Positions 9,240 to 19,006 of a DNA stretch of 64,000 nt are shown piece by piece (the stretch's first letter is position 1; each line of letters opens with the position of its first letter). The notes beneath the pieces are model-generated. The model had not been told where the DNA came from and made no database searches. It saw only the letters and a program-made list of their open reading frames with translations. The position numbers were made by a program, and so were the translations under genes. The DNA lies in assembly GCA_048939995.1 (NCBI GenBank), contig JBHLOY010000001.1, forward strand, positions 471,265 through 535,264, written 5' to 3'. This stretch comes from Promethearchaeota archaeon (GTDB lineage Archaea; Asgardarchaeota; Lokiarchaeia; Sigyniarchaeales; SOKP01).

Positions 9240-11486
9240 TTAATATATCGTATGAGTTTCACTCACATTAACTAATCTTGGTAGTATAATGCTTGAATTG
9301 TATTTAGGACCTACAAGTAATGTATTATTGGCAATATTATAATTCAAATAATTATAAGCTAATGGAGCTCCTGTATTTGGGTTAATTCCATATCGCGGAT
9401 AATTAGAACTAGAAATAGCTACACGTATTTTATGTCCTGGTGCAAAATAGTACGCAGTGGACCAGCAATCTATACTTAGTTCATAGACATCTAATTGATT
9501 TCCTGACATAAACGTTTCAGATGTATAATTATAACGACTTCTTACTGTTAAAGACCCATCCGTAATTAACATAGAACGACCATCTGGATATACATCTGTT
9601 AATTTTATAGTAAAATCTGTATCAGTACAGTTAGAAGTTATCCATAGATGCCCCCATATTCTTCCAACAATTTCCACGGGTTCAACTAATTCTTCTGTTT
9701 CGAATATTAAAACATCACTTCGCGATTCTATAGGTGTTTGATCCATAGGTCCAGCTAAATCGAACGGTTGATTCTGTCCTCCAAGATTAGGTACTGGATT
9801 TCGAGGATCAAATAAATAAGAAAAGTTGTAATTCACCGAACCCGCAGAAATATTACTTAACCCGCCATCTACATTGAAAAACCATTCATCATCTAAATGA
9901 TCTAAAGGCCAATCATAAGCATATCTCCAATAGTTCCATTTATCGGAAGGCTCAGTAACGGGCCCCATTAAATAATAGGCTACCCTTGCACTATTCCAGT
10001 TTGTTGGAATACCTAAAAGAGCTTCATCAAAAATTTCACGTTCCCAATTAAGAATCATATCGAAACCATTTGAATTTTCAGGATAAGTTAATTCCCCTTG
10101 CATACCTCCATATATTGAACCATGAGTCCATGGTCCCATAATTAACTTCTGATGTCCATTGGCTCTGGCTTTTCCATAATCATCATAACCAACATATCCA
10201 TCCAATGTGCCTTGAAGAAAGTGATCATACCACCCTCCCACATGAATTCCATAAACAGAAATGTTAGAATAACGAGGACCAATTGGAATTGATAAAGAAG
10301 TCGAATTATACATTGTCTCATTCTTCGGCATAAACTCAAAAATTCTATTTATTTGATACAGCCAATTTTCTGGGGAAGTACTTTTTATCCATGTTTCAAC
10401 TGAAGATTTATGATATGATCCTTGGTAAATAGCATGATCAAACAACTCAGGAGTTCCAAACCATAGTTGTTGAGCTAAAAGACCTTCAGGATCCATTCCA
10501 GCATAAAAATATTGATTTATGCAGAGAGCAGAAACTCCAGCACTAGCTATCTTTCCATTACACCATAATTGATTACGTATCCAATTTATTGTATCAACAC
10601 CATCATGATAAGATTCTATAAAGAGTAAAGATCTATCTCCCCCTTCAGAATCATGAGTGCCTCTGAGATCTTGAATAACAATATGATAATCCTGAGTCAA
10701 ATAGAAAGGGAGATATAAATCCTCTGCCCAACCAGACTTACCATATGGTGTTCTTATTAATATTACAGGTCTTGGGGCACCGAATGATCCTGGTGCAAAA
10801 TACACATCTGTGGCTAAATTAGTACCATCTCGCATAGGAATCATATATGTCTGTTTATCTTCCGGTTTATAAATAGCAGTGCCTAAAATTATTGTTAGAG
10901 GGAAAATCATCAGAAAAACCATTCCAAAATAGGTTAAAATTTTGGGCAGGTTTTCAATTTTTCTCTTCTTATACTTACTTATTACCGAAGAGAGTGAAAG
11001 AGATGAAATTCTCTTACCATAATAGAAATATGCCAATATGCTTAATCCTACAGCTGCTAAAGCGTAATGGTTTGGGGTGCTAAAAGTATACCAAATAATT
11101 CCACTTATAGGGGCTAAAACACTAATTAAAGTTCCTATAACCTTTAATAAGGACAATTTTTTCTTTTCGCCAACCTGTTTGATATAAGTTCCCGCTGTCA
11201 TTAAAGAGTAAAAAGATATAAAAGCTGTAATTGCCAAGTATATCATGCCGAATAATACAATAAGAACTTGTTTTAAACCAAAATATATTACCTCGTTTCT
11301 TGAAAACAATTTTTCTCTTTCTAGAAGTTCTGCATCATAGTATTTAAAGTAATTACTGACGTAAGTACAGATATACAGTCCTCGACAAATTAATAAGAGA
11401 GGTAAGTTAATAGTTATTATTTGTTCTAAAACTAAAACTTCGTATAAGTTAAGAAAATAGAAAATTGCAATTATCCAGTTAATCAT
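9240..11486 (-). CDS. CocE/NonD-family hydrolase with N-terminal multi-TM region
   Basis: IPMRDGTNLATDVY, RTPYGK, QDLRG..SEG, GGWYD, MGPWTHG and ISSSNYPRY motifs. Confidence 0.88.
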   Translation of the reverse strand: MINWIIAIFYFLNLYEVLVLEQIITINLPLLLICRGLYICTYVSNYFKYYDAELLEREKLFSRNEVIYFGLKQVLIVLFGMIYLAITAFISFYSLMTAGTYIKQVGEKKKLSLLKVIGTLISVLAPISGIIWYTFSTPNHYALAAVGLSILAYFYYGKRISSLSLSSVISKYKKRKIENLPKILTYFGMVFLMIFPLTIILGTAIYKPEDKQTYMIPMRDGTNLATDVYFAPGSFGAPRPVILIRTPYGKSGWAEDLYLPFYLTQDYHIVIQDLRGTHDSEGGDRSLLFIESYHDGVDTINWIRNQLWCNGKIASAGVSALCINQYFYAGMDPEGLLAQQLWFGTPELFDHAIYQGSYHKSSVETWIKSTSPENWLYQINRIFEFMPKNETMYNSTSLSIPIGPRYSNISVYGIHVGGWYDHFLQGTLDGYVGYDDYGKARANGHQKLIMGPWTHGSIYGGMQGELTYPENSNGFDMILNWEREIFDEALLGIPTNWNSARVAYYLMGPVTEPSDKWNYWRYAYDWPLDHLDDEWFFNVDGGLSNISAGSVNYNFSYLFDPRNPVPNLGGQNQPFDLAGPMDQTPIESRSDVLIFETEELVEPVEIVGRIWGHLWITSNCTDTDFTIKLTDVYPDGRSMLITDGSLTVRSRYNYTSETFMSGNQLDVYELSIDCWSTAYYFAPGHKIRVAISSSNYPRYGINPNTGAPLAYNYLNYNIANNTLLVGPKYNSSIILPRLVNVSETHTIY

Positions 11487-11632
11487 AATTAATTATTGTA
11501 TTGTTATTCTTTATAAACACTACTCATTAAATATTTTTTTCAAAACTGGAAGTCATTAAAACATAGTTTAAAATCTATGAAAAAATATTTATGGTTTGTA
11601 AGTTTCTTTTACCAAACAGTAATTTCTTATAG

Positions 11633-12313
11633 ATGTCAATTCTCAAGTACCAACTATTCGGAAAAAACTCAGTTGGAGTCTATCTTTCTGTTAATAACAT
11701 ATTTGGACTATACCCTTCCACATTATTAAATTTTGCAATTAAAAAAATTAAATCAGCTTTTAAAGAACCGTTTTTCCCTATATCCATTAATAATTCTACC
11801 CTTTTAGGAGTGTATCTTGCTAGTAACAAATATGGAATTGTTGTACCTCATATCGTTAGAGACGATGAGCTTAACAATTTAACCAAATTTGCCATAAATC
11901 TTAAAGATGATTACCAAATAGGGACAATAAAATCGATAGATAACGCTTTTGGAAATTTGATTTTATGTAATGATAAAGGTGCTATTATTAGTTCCCTATT
12001 AAAAGATTTTAAACATGAAATAGAGAATATTTTAAATGTTGAAAGCGAAATTTTTGAATTTACAAACAATTATTTACCCGGATCAATTGGATTGGCTAAT
12101 AATAATGGTTGCGTTGTACATCCATTGACCAATGACAAAGAGATAGAGCAAATTTCTTCAATCTTGAGGGTAAGTGAAGTAGATGTATCCACAGTTAATA
12201 GGGGAATTCCATATTTGTCATCAGGAGCTACAGTGAATGATTATAGTGGTATTTTTGGATTAGCTTGCACTGGACCAGAATTGATGCGTATGACAGATAT
12301 TCTGGGGCTCTAG
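11633..12313 (+). CDS. eif6: translation initiation factor 6
   Basis: GNLILCNDKGA, GCVVHP and STVNRG motifs. Confidence 0.95.
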   Translation: MSILKYQLFGKNSVGVYLSVNNIFGLYPSTLLNFAIKKIKSAFKEPFFPISINNSTLLGVYLASNKYGIVVPHIVRDDELNNLTKFAINLKDDYQIGTIKSIDNAFGNLILCNDKGAIISSLLKDFKHEIENILNVESEIFEFTNNYLPGSIGLANNNGCVVHPLTNDKEIEQISSILRVSEVDVSTVNRGIPYLSSGATVNDYSGIFGLACTGPELMRMTDILGL

Positions 12314-12473
12314 GCCCCAGAAAGGTTAATTTTTGACTATTAATAGTTATTAGCTATTAAAAATTCGCGAGTTATTAAGAGGCAATTTCTCTTAATTATT
12401 CAAAAAGCAAAAATTTAATATTTTCAAAATAATTTTTACCATTAATCTCGTTAATATTTGGGTTTAAAATTTC

Positions 12474-12701
12474 ATGTCAGAGATTAAAATTTATCGAATT
12501 ATTGGCACTTATTATAAATATCATAAGAAATATTTGTTTCGAAAAGAAGTTCGAGCATTAAAAGAGGAGGATGCTCTCGAAAAAGCCTTAAGTCAAATTA
12601 CTTCTATAGGGATTCTTAGAAGACAAATAAAAATCAATGAGATAAAAGAGATTCCTCCAGAAGAAGCACAAGATTACCTTATTCGTGAATTATCTCAATA
12701 A
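12474..12701 (+). CDS. rpl18a: 50S ribosomal protein eL20 (LX/L18a)
   Basis: KIYRIIG, FRKEVRALKEEDALEK and RRQIKI motifs; operon context. Confidence 0.88.
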   Translation: MSEIKIYRIIGTYYKYHKKYLFRKEVRALKEEDALEKALSQITSIGILRRQIKINEIKEIPPEEAQDYLIRELSQ

Positions 12702-12724
12702 ATTATTATAAATGGTTTAATCAA

Positions 12725-13147
12725 ATGGAAAGTAATCAGAATTTAGAAAATCAATTATATCAATTTAGGCTTATTAAAGAACAACGTGAAATGTTCCAAG
12801 GTCAACTGGAAATCATTAATGCTTCATTAGGGAACTTATTAAATACAAAAAATACCCTTCAAAATATTAAAGAGGGTGTAAAAGAAAATGATGAAATGAT
12901 TATTCCAATAGGAGGTTTAGTTGGAATAAAAGCTTCAATTCAAGACACCGAAAAAACTCTCTTATTTATTGGAAATGACAGTGTAATCGAAAAAGATATC
13001 GATGATTCTATTACATTTATTGAAAAATTAATTGAGCAACATAATGAACAAATAAAGACATTGACAGAAAGAATTCAAAAATTAGATTTTACTATTCAGG
13101 GAATGAGCCAATCCATTCAAGAGAGTTATTCAGGGAGGAGAGGTTAA
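12725..13147 (+). CDS. pfdA: prefoldin subunit alpha
   Basis: Coiled-coil arms with IIPIGG and IG...IEK hairpins; operon context. Confidence 0.9.
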   Translation: MESNQNLENQLYQFRLIKEQREMFQGQLEIINASLGNLLNTKNTLQNIKEGVKENDEMIIPIGGLVGIKASIQDTEKTLLFIGNDSVIEKDIDDSITFIEKLIEQHNEQIKTLTERIQKLDFTIQGMSQSIQESYSGRRG

Positions 13148-13181
13148 TAAACATTAATTATGCCTTCTAATGTATATTTAA

Positions 13182-14099
13182 GTGAACATACCGATGCTTG
13201 AACAATTAAAGAATGCATTTTCTAGTTTTATAAAGAAATCCTTATCTGATGAGAAAATTGATGATACTCTAAATGAGTTAAAATTACTTCTCATAAGTAA
13301 TGATGTTGCAGCTGAAACTGCTAATGAATTATGTAATAGTATTAAGAACTCGTTAAGCGGAGAACAAATCGGAAGATTCTCTTCAAAAAAGAAATATCTA
13401 TTTGAAGTATTGAAGAATGTGATCACAGATGTATTGACTCCCGACCAAGATATCAATCTTCTAGACGAAATTAAGAACAGTGTAGAAAAAAATTTGCCTT
13501 ATATAATAGTTTTTCTTGGTGTTAATGGAACTGGAAAAACTACGACTATTGCAAAAATAGCCTATTATTTAAAAAGGAATAATATATCTTCTGTTGCTGC
13601 TGCTGCAGATACTTTTCGAGCGGCGGCTATAGAACAATTAATCTATCATATGGATAAAGTCGGAATTAGAGTTATTAAACATAATTACAAATCTGATCCT
13701 GCAAGTGTTGCGTTTGATGCAATTCAGCATGCTATAGCGAAAGGAGTTAATGTAGTATTAATAGATACTGCTGGAAGGCAAGTTAGTAATAAAAACTTAA
13801 TGACAGAAATGCAAAAAATTGTTAGAATTGCTCAACCAAACTTAATCGTTTTTGTAGGGGATAGCTTGGCTGGAAATGATGCTCTAATTCAAGCTAAAGA
13901 ATTTAAAAATAAAGTCGGAATAAATGCTAACATTTTGACTAAACTGGATGCAGATGCAAAAGGAGGAGCAGCATTATCTATAGCTTTTGAAACAAAGAAA
14001 CCAATAATCTTTGTAGGAACAGGACAAAATTATGATGATTTAAAACCTTTTAAAAAAGAATTCTTTATCTCCAATATTCTGGACTTAAATGAAAATTAA
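13182..14099 (+). CDS. ftsY: SRP receptor FtsY (NG domain only)
   Basis: GVNGTGKTT, DTFRAAA, DTAGR and TKLDADAKGG motifs. Confidence 0.96.
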   Translation: MNIPMLEQLKNAFSSFIKKSLSDEKIDDTLNELKLLLISNDVAAETANELCNSIKNSLSGEQIGRFSSKKKYLFEVLKNVITDVLTPDQDINLLDEIKNSVEKNLPYIIVFLGVNGTGKTTTIAKIAYYLKRNNISSVAAAADTFRAAAIEQLIYHMDKVGIRVIKHNYKSDPASVAFDAIQHAIAKGVNVVLIDTAGRQVSNKNLMTEMQKIVRIAQPNLIVFVGDSLAGNDALIQAKEFKNKVGINANILTKLDADAKGGAALSIAFETKKPIIFVGTGQNYDDLKPFKKEFFISNILDLNEN

Positions 14100-14154
14100 G
14101 CAGAATATTTTCCATATTAGTTAACTTTTTTAAATATTTAGTTTTAATTTATTT

Positions 14155-14409
14155 GTGTCAAAACAATACCCTAAATATGATAAATACGAAAAATTTGACA
14201 AAAAGAAGAAGCCTAGTTTATATGAACGATTTGGTATATTTTTTCGTAATGCTAAAAGAGTCCTAAAAGTAGCAAACAAGCCTGGACGAAAAGATTATTT
14301 TCTTGTATTCAAGATATGCCTTATTGGATTAGTGCTTTTAGGTGCTGTCTCATGGGTAATTCAATTAATTTTTACGCTTGTTAACGATGCGCTAGGAATT
14401 GGAAGCTAG
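14155..14409 (+). CDS. secE: protein translocase SecE/Sec61 gamma
   Basis: RVLKVANKP followed by a single C-terminal TM helix. Confidence 0.9.
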   Translation: MSKQYPKYDKYEKFDKKKKPSLYERFGIFFRNAKRVLKVANKPGRKDYFLVFKICLIGLVLLGAVSWVIQLIFTLVNDALGIGS

Positions 14410-14450
14410 GAATTGGCAACGTTTAATATTTTTATCTCTTTTTCATAATT

Positions 14451-14873
14451 ATGCAAGTAAAATTAAATCATCAAGAAAATCTCCACTTTAAAGCATCAGT
14501 TAGAAATTTTGAAAATTTTGATCTAGATGAGCCGAAATCTTTTCATGGTACAGATTTTGGACCTAGTCCTGTTGAATATCTATTAATTGGGATTGGAGGG
14601 TGCCTTGGAAGTTCTTTTATGTATTGTTTAATCAAGAATGCAATTAAGATCACGAATTTGGAAATAGTTATAGAGGGGAAAATAAAGCATGTTAGTCCAA
14701 GTTTAAGATTGAAGTTGGTGGGAGTTGATATTAAAATTTTATATGGATTAGAAGATAAATCGTTTAAAGAGAAAACTATGAGATGTATAAATGAATTTAA
14801 GCAACATTGTGTGGTTTCAGATTCTCTAATAAATGGTATCTCATTAAATATTGATTGTAAAGAATTATTTTAA
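14451..14873 (+). CDS. OsmC-family protein
   Basis: DEP..G.D.GPSPVEYLL..GGC and HCVVSDSL motifs. Confidence 0.85.
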   Translation: MQVKLNHQENLHFKASVRNFENFDLDEPKSFHGTDFGPSPVEYLLIGIGGCLGSSFMYCLIKNAIKITNLEIVIEGKIKHVSPSLRLKLVGVDIKILYGLEDKSFKEKTMRCINEFKQHCVVSDSLINGISLNIDCKELF

Positions 14874-14881
14874 GGATAAAT

Positions 14882-16109
14882 CTAAAATTGATAAATAATT
14901 ATTTGATCTGGAATTATCAATTCTTCTTCTTTGTTTTTACAAGCGATAAATTTTATTTTCATTTTTAATGCTTCCGAAAGAAGACGTTTGGTTAAGATCC
15001 CATCAATAATTAAATATTCAGTTTTATTATATTTTATAATCTCTTCAAATAATTCTTTGACAGGGATTTCAAATAATTTTTCTAGTTTATTGTTATATCC
15101 TATGCTATAATCGGGTGGAATTGTATCTAGGGCATCAATAATTATATTTTGGTTTTTAATTTTAAGCTTTTTAAGGAGTTTAGTAATCAAGGTTTCTGCA
15201 GGTTTTTTTTCCTTAGCTGAGGGGATTGTTTCTGATTTCTCTAAAGGTTCTGTTGTAGATCTTTTATTTTGAAGGGACTTTATCAATTGCTTCCTTGTTA
15301 ATTCTTCTACTTCATAACCCTCAGGTGCTCGAGCAATAAAATCAACTTTTACTAGTTGCATTAATTCTTTTATAATTAGTTCACCCCCACGATCTCCATC
15401 AGAGAAGATAATTATTGACTTTTTTTGTTTTGCTAAGTCTATTACAGATTTTGGGATATGAGTTCCTTGAACCGCTATACTATTTTTTATACCTATTCTT
15501 AATAAGTTTAGTACGTCTGCACGGCCCTCTACAATGATAAGTTCGTCGTTGCTATCGACTTCTGGTCCTGCAGGTAGTCCTTCAGGCCCCCATTTTATTA
15601 TTTCGCCAAGTTTAATATCTGTATCTATCTTTTCTTCAATTTCACTAGGTTCGAGCGATTTTTGATCCCATTCTTTTAATAATTCTGCTGCTCGTTCAAT
15701 AATTTTTTTGCGTTTGGTTTCTCTTACATCTCTAATTTCAATTAGTTTGATTTGGGCTTCACATGGTCCTACGCGAGTAACAGTTTCAACTGTCGCCGCC
15801 AATAATGCTGTCTCCTTTCTAGTTAATGAGGATGGAATTTTAATAATGCCTATTGAAAGGCCCTCTTTGGATTCATTTTCTACTTCAATCCTTCCAATTC
15901 GTCCTGATTTTTGAAGATCTCTTAAATCAAGATCTAAAAGGAGACCCTCGGTTTAGCCGATTGAGCCGAACTGGCTTTTTTTATCTTTGACCAAATATGG
16001 CGCCGACTATATCGCTCTTTTCAACCACTCCTTTAATTTCAAATTTAGCTTCAATAATATATTTTGTAGTAAAATCTACTTGATTATTGGTAATCTTGAT
16101 CACTTCCAT
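14882..16109 (-). CDS. dnaG: archaeal DnaG (primase-like, exosome-associated), split: exon1 16109-15987, exon2 15952-14882, 397 aa spliced
   Basis: Exon1 ends KYIIEAKFEIKGVVEKSDIVGAIFGQ; exon2 starts TEGLLLDLDLRDLQKSGRIGRIEV and continues in frame into the listed ORF with TOPRIM motifs IIVEGRADV and DGDRGG. Confidence 0.93.
15953..15986 (-). other. candidate BHB/BHL-type mRNA intron in dnaG (34 nt)
   Basis: Insert AGAUAAAAAAAGCCAGUUCGGCUCAAUCGGCUAA has an in-frame UAA and shifts the frame; central helix GGUC/GGCU, two AAA bulges, intron helix GAU/AUC. Confidence 0.8.
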
Positions 16110-16571
16110 ATTTTATTATTAAATTTTATTAAATTCTGATGAGATAATTATGATTTTAAACAATATCAAAAATTTTAAATCGATTTAGTTTTACTTAATA
16201 GCTTTTTAATGAGAAATCATCAAAAAATAAATGATCATATTAATTAAATAATTCTTTCAATATATTTTTTGCTGAGTGATAACATCCTCATAGGATGTAA
16301 TTTCTTAAATTAAAACTTTAAAACTTTATTGATGAGTTTTTATTGGAATAATAATCTTTTGAAAAGAATTTCAAAGATAAATAAAAAAAAGATTAAGTTC
16401 AGATTGATCACTTCAGTTGGTCGTTTTTATTTCTACTTCGAAAAAAAAAATTCTGATTTTAATGGAAAAATTATTTTTTTTCCTAAAGAATTCTAAACTA
16501 TAAATTTGTGAGAATTAAAATTCTAACAATAATATTACTTAATTGCCTTCATTATTTTAGAGGATTTAAGA

Positions 16572-17600
16572 ATGATTGAGAAAATTATTGTGTTTGGAGG
16601 CAAAGGTGGGGTTGGAAAAAGTTCAATTAGCGCAGCAACTGCTGTTAGACTATCAGAATTACTCCCTGGAAAAAGAATTTTATTAATTTCATTTGATATA
16701 GCTCATAATCTATCGGATATTTTTGGAACGTCTATAAATAGTGAAATATCCCCAATTACGGCTAACTTGTGGGCGATTGAACCGGATCCAGATCTGTATG
16801 CTGAAGTATATACAAAGGATTTAGTAGAAAAAATGAAAACTTTGACAAAGCAAATGCCCATAATTGGAAGTTTACCCCAGATTGATAAGTTTATTAATAC
16901 AACTTTTACGTCTGATTCCATCCCACTAGCTTTAAAAAATGCAATGTTTTTCCAGAAATTACTAGATGCTGAAGATATCAATACTCAAGACATCCATTTT
17001 GATATTATTGTAGCGGATTTTCCTCCTACAGGAAATATGGTTGCCCTTTTTGAAATTCCTGAAGATCAAGTAAAAGTTGTTCTTAAATATTCTTTAAATT
17101 TTTATAATTCAATCAAGAGCGCAATTAGGAATCTGTCGAAAATGTTTAGACAAATAATTAAACCATTTGATAATGGGACTTATGAAATGAGAAGGGAATT
17201 GGGAAAAGATATATTCAATATGATTGTAGAACTTGAAAAAAGAGGAGAGAGAATAAGTGAATTAATTCATAAAGTAGGATCCTTAAGATTAGTAACAATT
17301 GCAGAGCGTCCTAGTTTTGAAGAAGTAAAAAGAGCACGCGATTTGACCAAAAGATATATTTCCCTCCATGCAGTTCATATAAATATGATTACCCCTAAAG
17401 CGAAACGATGTGAATTTTGTAATATATTACGAGAAAATCAGCTAAAATTTATCGCAGAAATTAAAGAAGAATTTAAAAATATAAAAATTTGGGAATCAAA
17501 TCGTCTTATTGAGGAACCAATTGGAATAGAAGGAATTAAAAAGTTAGCAGTAGAAATATATGGATCTGCCATAGCAGATGATATACTAAATCCAATTTAA
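16572..17600 (+). CDS. ArsA/Get3 (TRC40)-family ATPase
   Basis: GGKGGVGKSS, D.AHNLSD and DFPPTG motifs; C-terminal CEFC. Confidence 0.88.
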   Translation: MIEKIIVFGGKGGVGKSSISAATAVRLSELLPGKRILLISFDIAHNLSDIFGTSINSEISPITANLWAIEPDPDLYAEVYTKDLVEKMKTLTKQMPIIGSLPQIDKFINTTFTSDSIPLALKNAMFFQKLLDAEDINTQDIHFDIIVADFPPTGNMVALFEIPEDQVKVVLKYSLNFYNSIKSAIRNLSKMFRQIIKPFDNGTYEMRRELGKDIFNMIVELEKRGERISELIHKVGSLRLVTIAERPSFEEVKRARDLTKRYISLHAVHINMITPKAKRCEFCNILRENQLKFIAEIKEEFKNIKIWESNRLIEEPIGIEGIKKLAVEIYGSAIADDILNPI

Positions 17601-17768
17601 AGAGGAAAAAAATTAATAATAAAATTTTTTTTAGCGTATTATAAGGCAATAAGTATTGAAGATATGTTAAACAACATCCATAAAGGAAGTTAGAAATTTT
17701 TAAGCCCCTTTTTTTATTATATGAAGCTTTCATTATAACTTAAGTAATTATAAAAAACGCTTCTAATA

Positions 17769-18611
17769 ATGCCAAAAAATAAATTTGGAATTTATATTGC
17801 TAATTATGGTATAACTAATGATCCTCAAGATTATATTGATTTAGCAATTTTAGGTGAGAATAATGGGTGGGATGGGTTTTTCTTATGGGATCATATCTTT
17901 TTATCCTCCAATAAAACGCAACCATTTTTAGATCCATGGATTATTTTATCAGTAGTTGCAGTAAAAACAAAAAGAATTAAATTAGGAACAACAGTCACTC
18001 CTTTAGCAAGAAGAAGACCATGGATAGTTGCAAAAGAAGTAAGTACTCTTGATCAATTATCAAAAGGAAGAATGATTTTAGGAGTTGGTTTAGGAATTGA
18101 TTCAGACTTTGGTGATTTTGGAGAAAATACTGATCGATTAATCAGGAGTGAAAAACTGGATGAATCTTTGCATATTTTAAAAGGTTTATGGGCTAATAAG
18201 CCCTTTAGATTTAAAGGAAAGCATTTTAATATTAAAGAAGTAGAATTCTTTCCAAAACCTTTTCAAAACACTATTCCGATTTGGGTTGGTGGGACTTGGC
18301 CCATTAAGAAACCTTTTCAGAGGGCAGCCCAATATGATGGTGTATTTCCACTTAAATCAGGTGAAGACTCTTTATCCCCTATTGATTACAGAGAAATTAT
18401 AAAATACATAAATAAATATAGGAGTTCCTCTGATTCTTATGATATTATTAAATCTATTTACTCAACAGGTATAAAAGAAGAAGATGAATGGATTAATGAT
18501 TATCTCAATGTGGGGATAAGTTGGTTTGTTGAAGCAATATGGCCTGGACGTGATTCATCATTAGACAATATTAAAAAAATTATATCTCGAGGACCACCTC
18601 TAATTAATTGA
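17769..18611 (+). CDS. LLM-class flavin/F420-dependent oxidoreductase
   Basis: GWDGFFLWDH, DPW, RRRP...STLDQLSKGR and PIWVGG motifs. Confidence 0.9.
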   Translation: MPKNKFGIYIANYGITNDPQDYIDLAILGENNGWDGFFLWDHIFLSSNKTQPFLDPWIILSVVAVKTKRIKLGTTVTPLARRRPWIVAKEVSTLDQLSKGRMILGVGLGIDSDFGDFGENTDRLIRSEKLDESLHILKGLWANKPFRFKGKHFNIKEVEFFPKPFQNTIPIWVGGTWPIKKPFQRAAQYDGVFPLKSGEDSLSPIDYREIIKYINKYRSSSDSYDIIKSIYSTGIKEEDEWINDYLNVGISWFVEAIWPGRDSSLDNIKKIISRGPPLIN

Positions 18612-18986
18612 ATTTATAAATTCAGCGAATTTATTAAGAAATCTAATTTTAAATCCTTCAATAAAACTAGTATTTCTGAAGTTGAGGATAAAAAAGTAAA
18701 TATTTTTGAATCTATCGCAAAACCCAAGAAAATAACAGAAGAAGAAGCATCAATTTCCAAAGAAAAAAAAATATTTTTGGTTTGCAAGAGCAAGATTCTG
18801 GGTTTTACTTTTATCTGTCGAGATTGTGAATCTTTTTACTGCGAAAAATGTTATCAAGCTCTAATACAACTTGAAAATGCGTGTTGGGCTTGTGATAAAC
18901 CGTTTGATACATCCAAACCTTCAGTACCATTTAAAAAAGAAGAAGATATTAAAGAAGAAATAGAAACTATAAAACAAAAGAAATAG
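18612..18986 (+). pseudogene. remnant of a Cys-rich C1/RING-like C-terminal domain
   Basis: Frame is open ~55 codons upstream of the TTG at 18777 with no canonical start: KPKKITEEEASISKEKKIFLVC...CRDC..YCEKC...CWAC. Confidence 0.5.
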
Positions 18987-19006
18987 AAGAAAAAATGAAA
19001 GAGGGG

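Noticed and set aside
15708-15914. Antisense ORFs in the track (e.g. 15708..15914, 7927..8139, 13178..13456, 19257..19592, 26471..26932, 32726..32944)
   Set aside because: Shadows of well-supported genes on the opposite strand, with no motifs of their own
14882-16109. dnaG as a simple pseudogene or programmed frameshift on the A7 run
   Set aside because: A stop precedes the A-run in the exon1 frame and another TAA closes the insert in the exon2 frame. Both halves are intact, and exact excision follows BHB rules. An assembly artefact cannot be fully excluded without reads.
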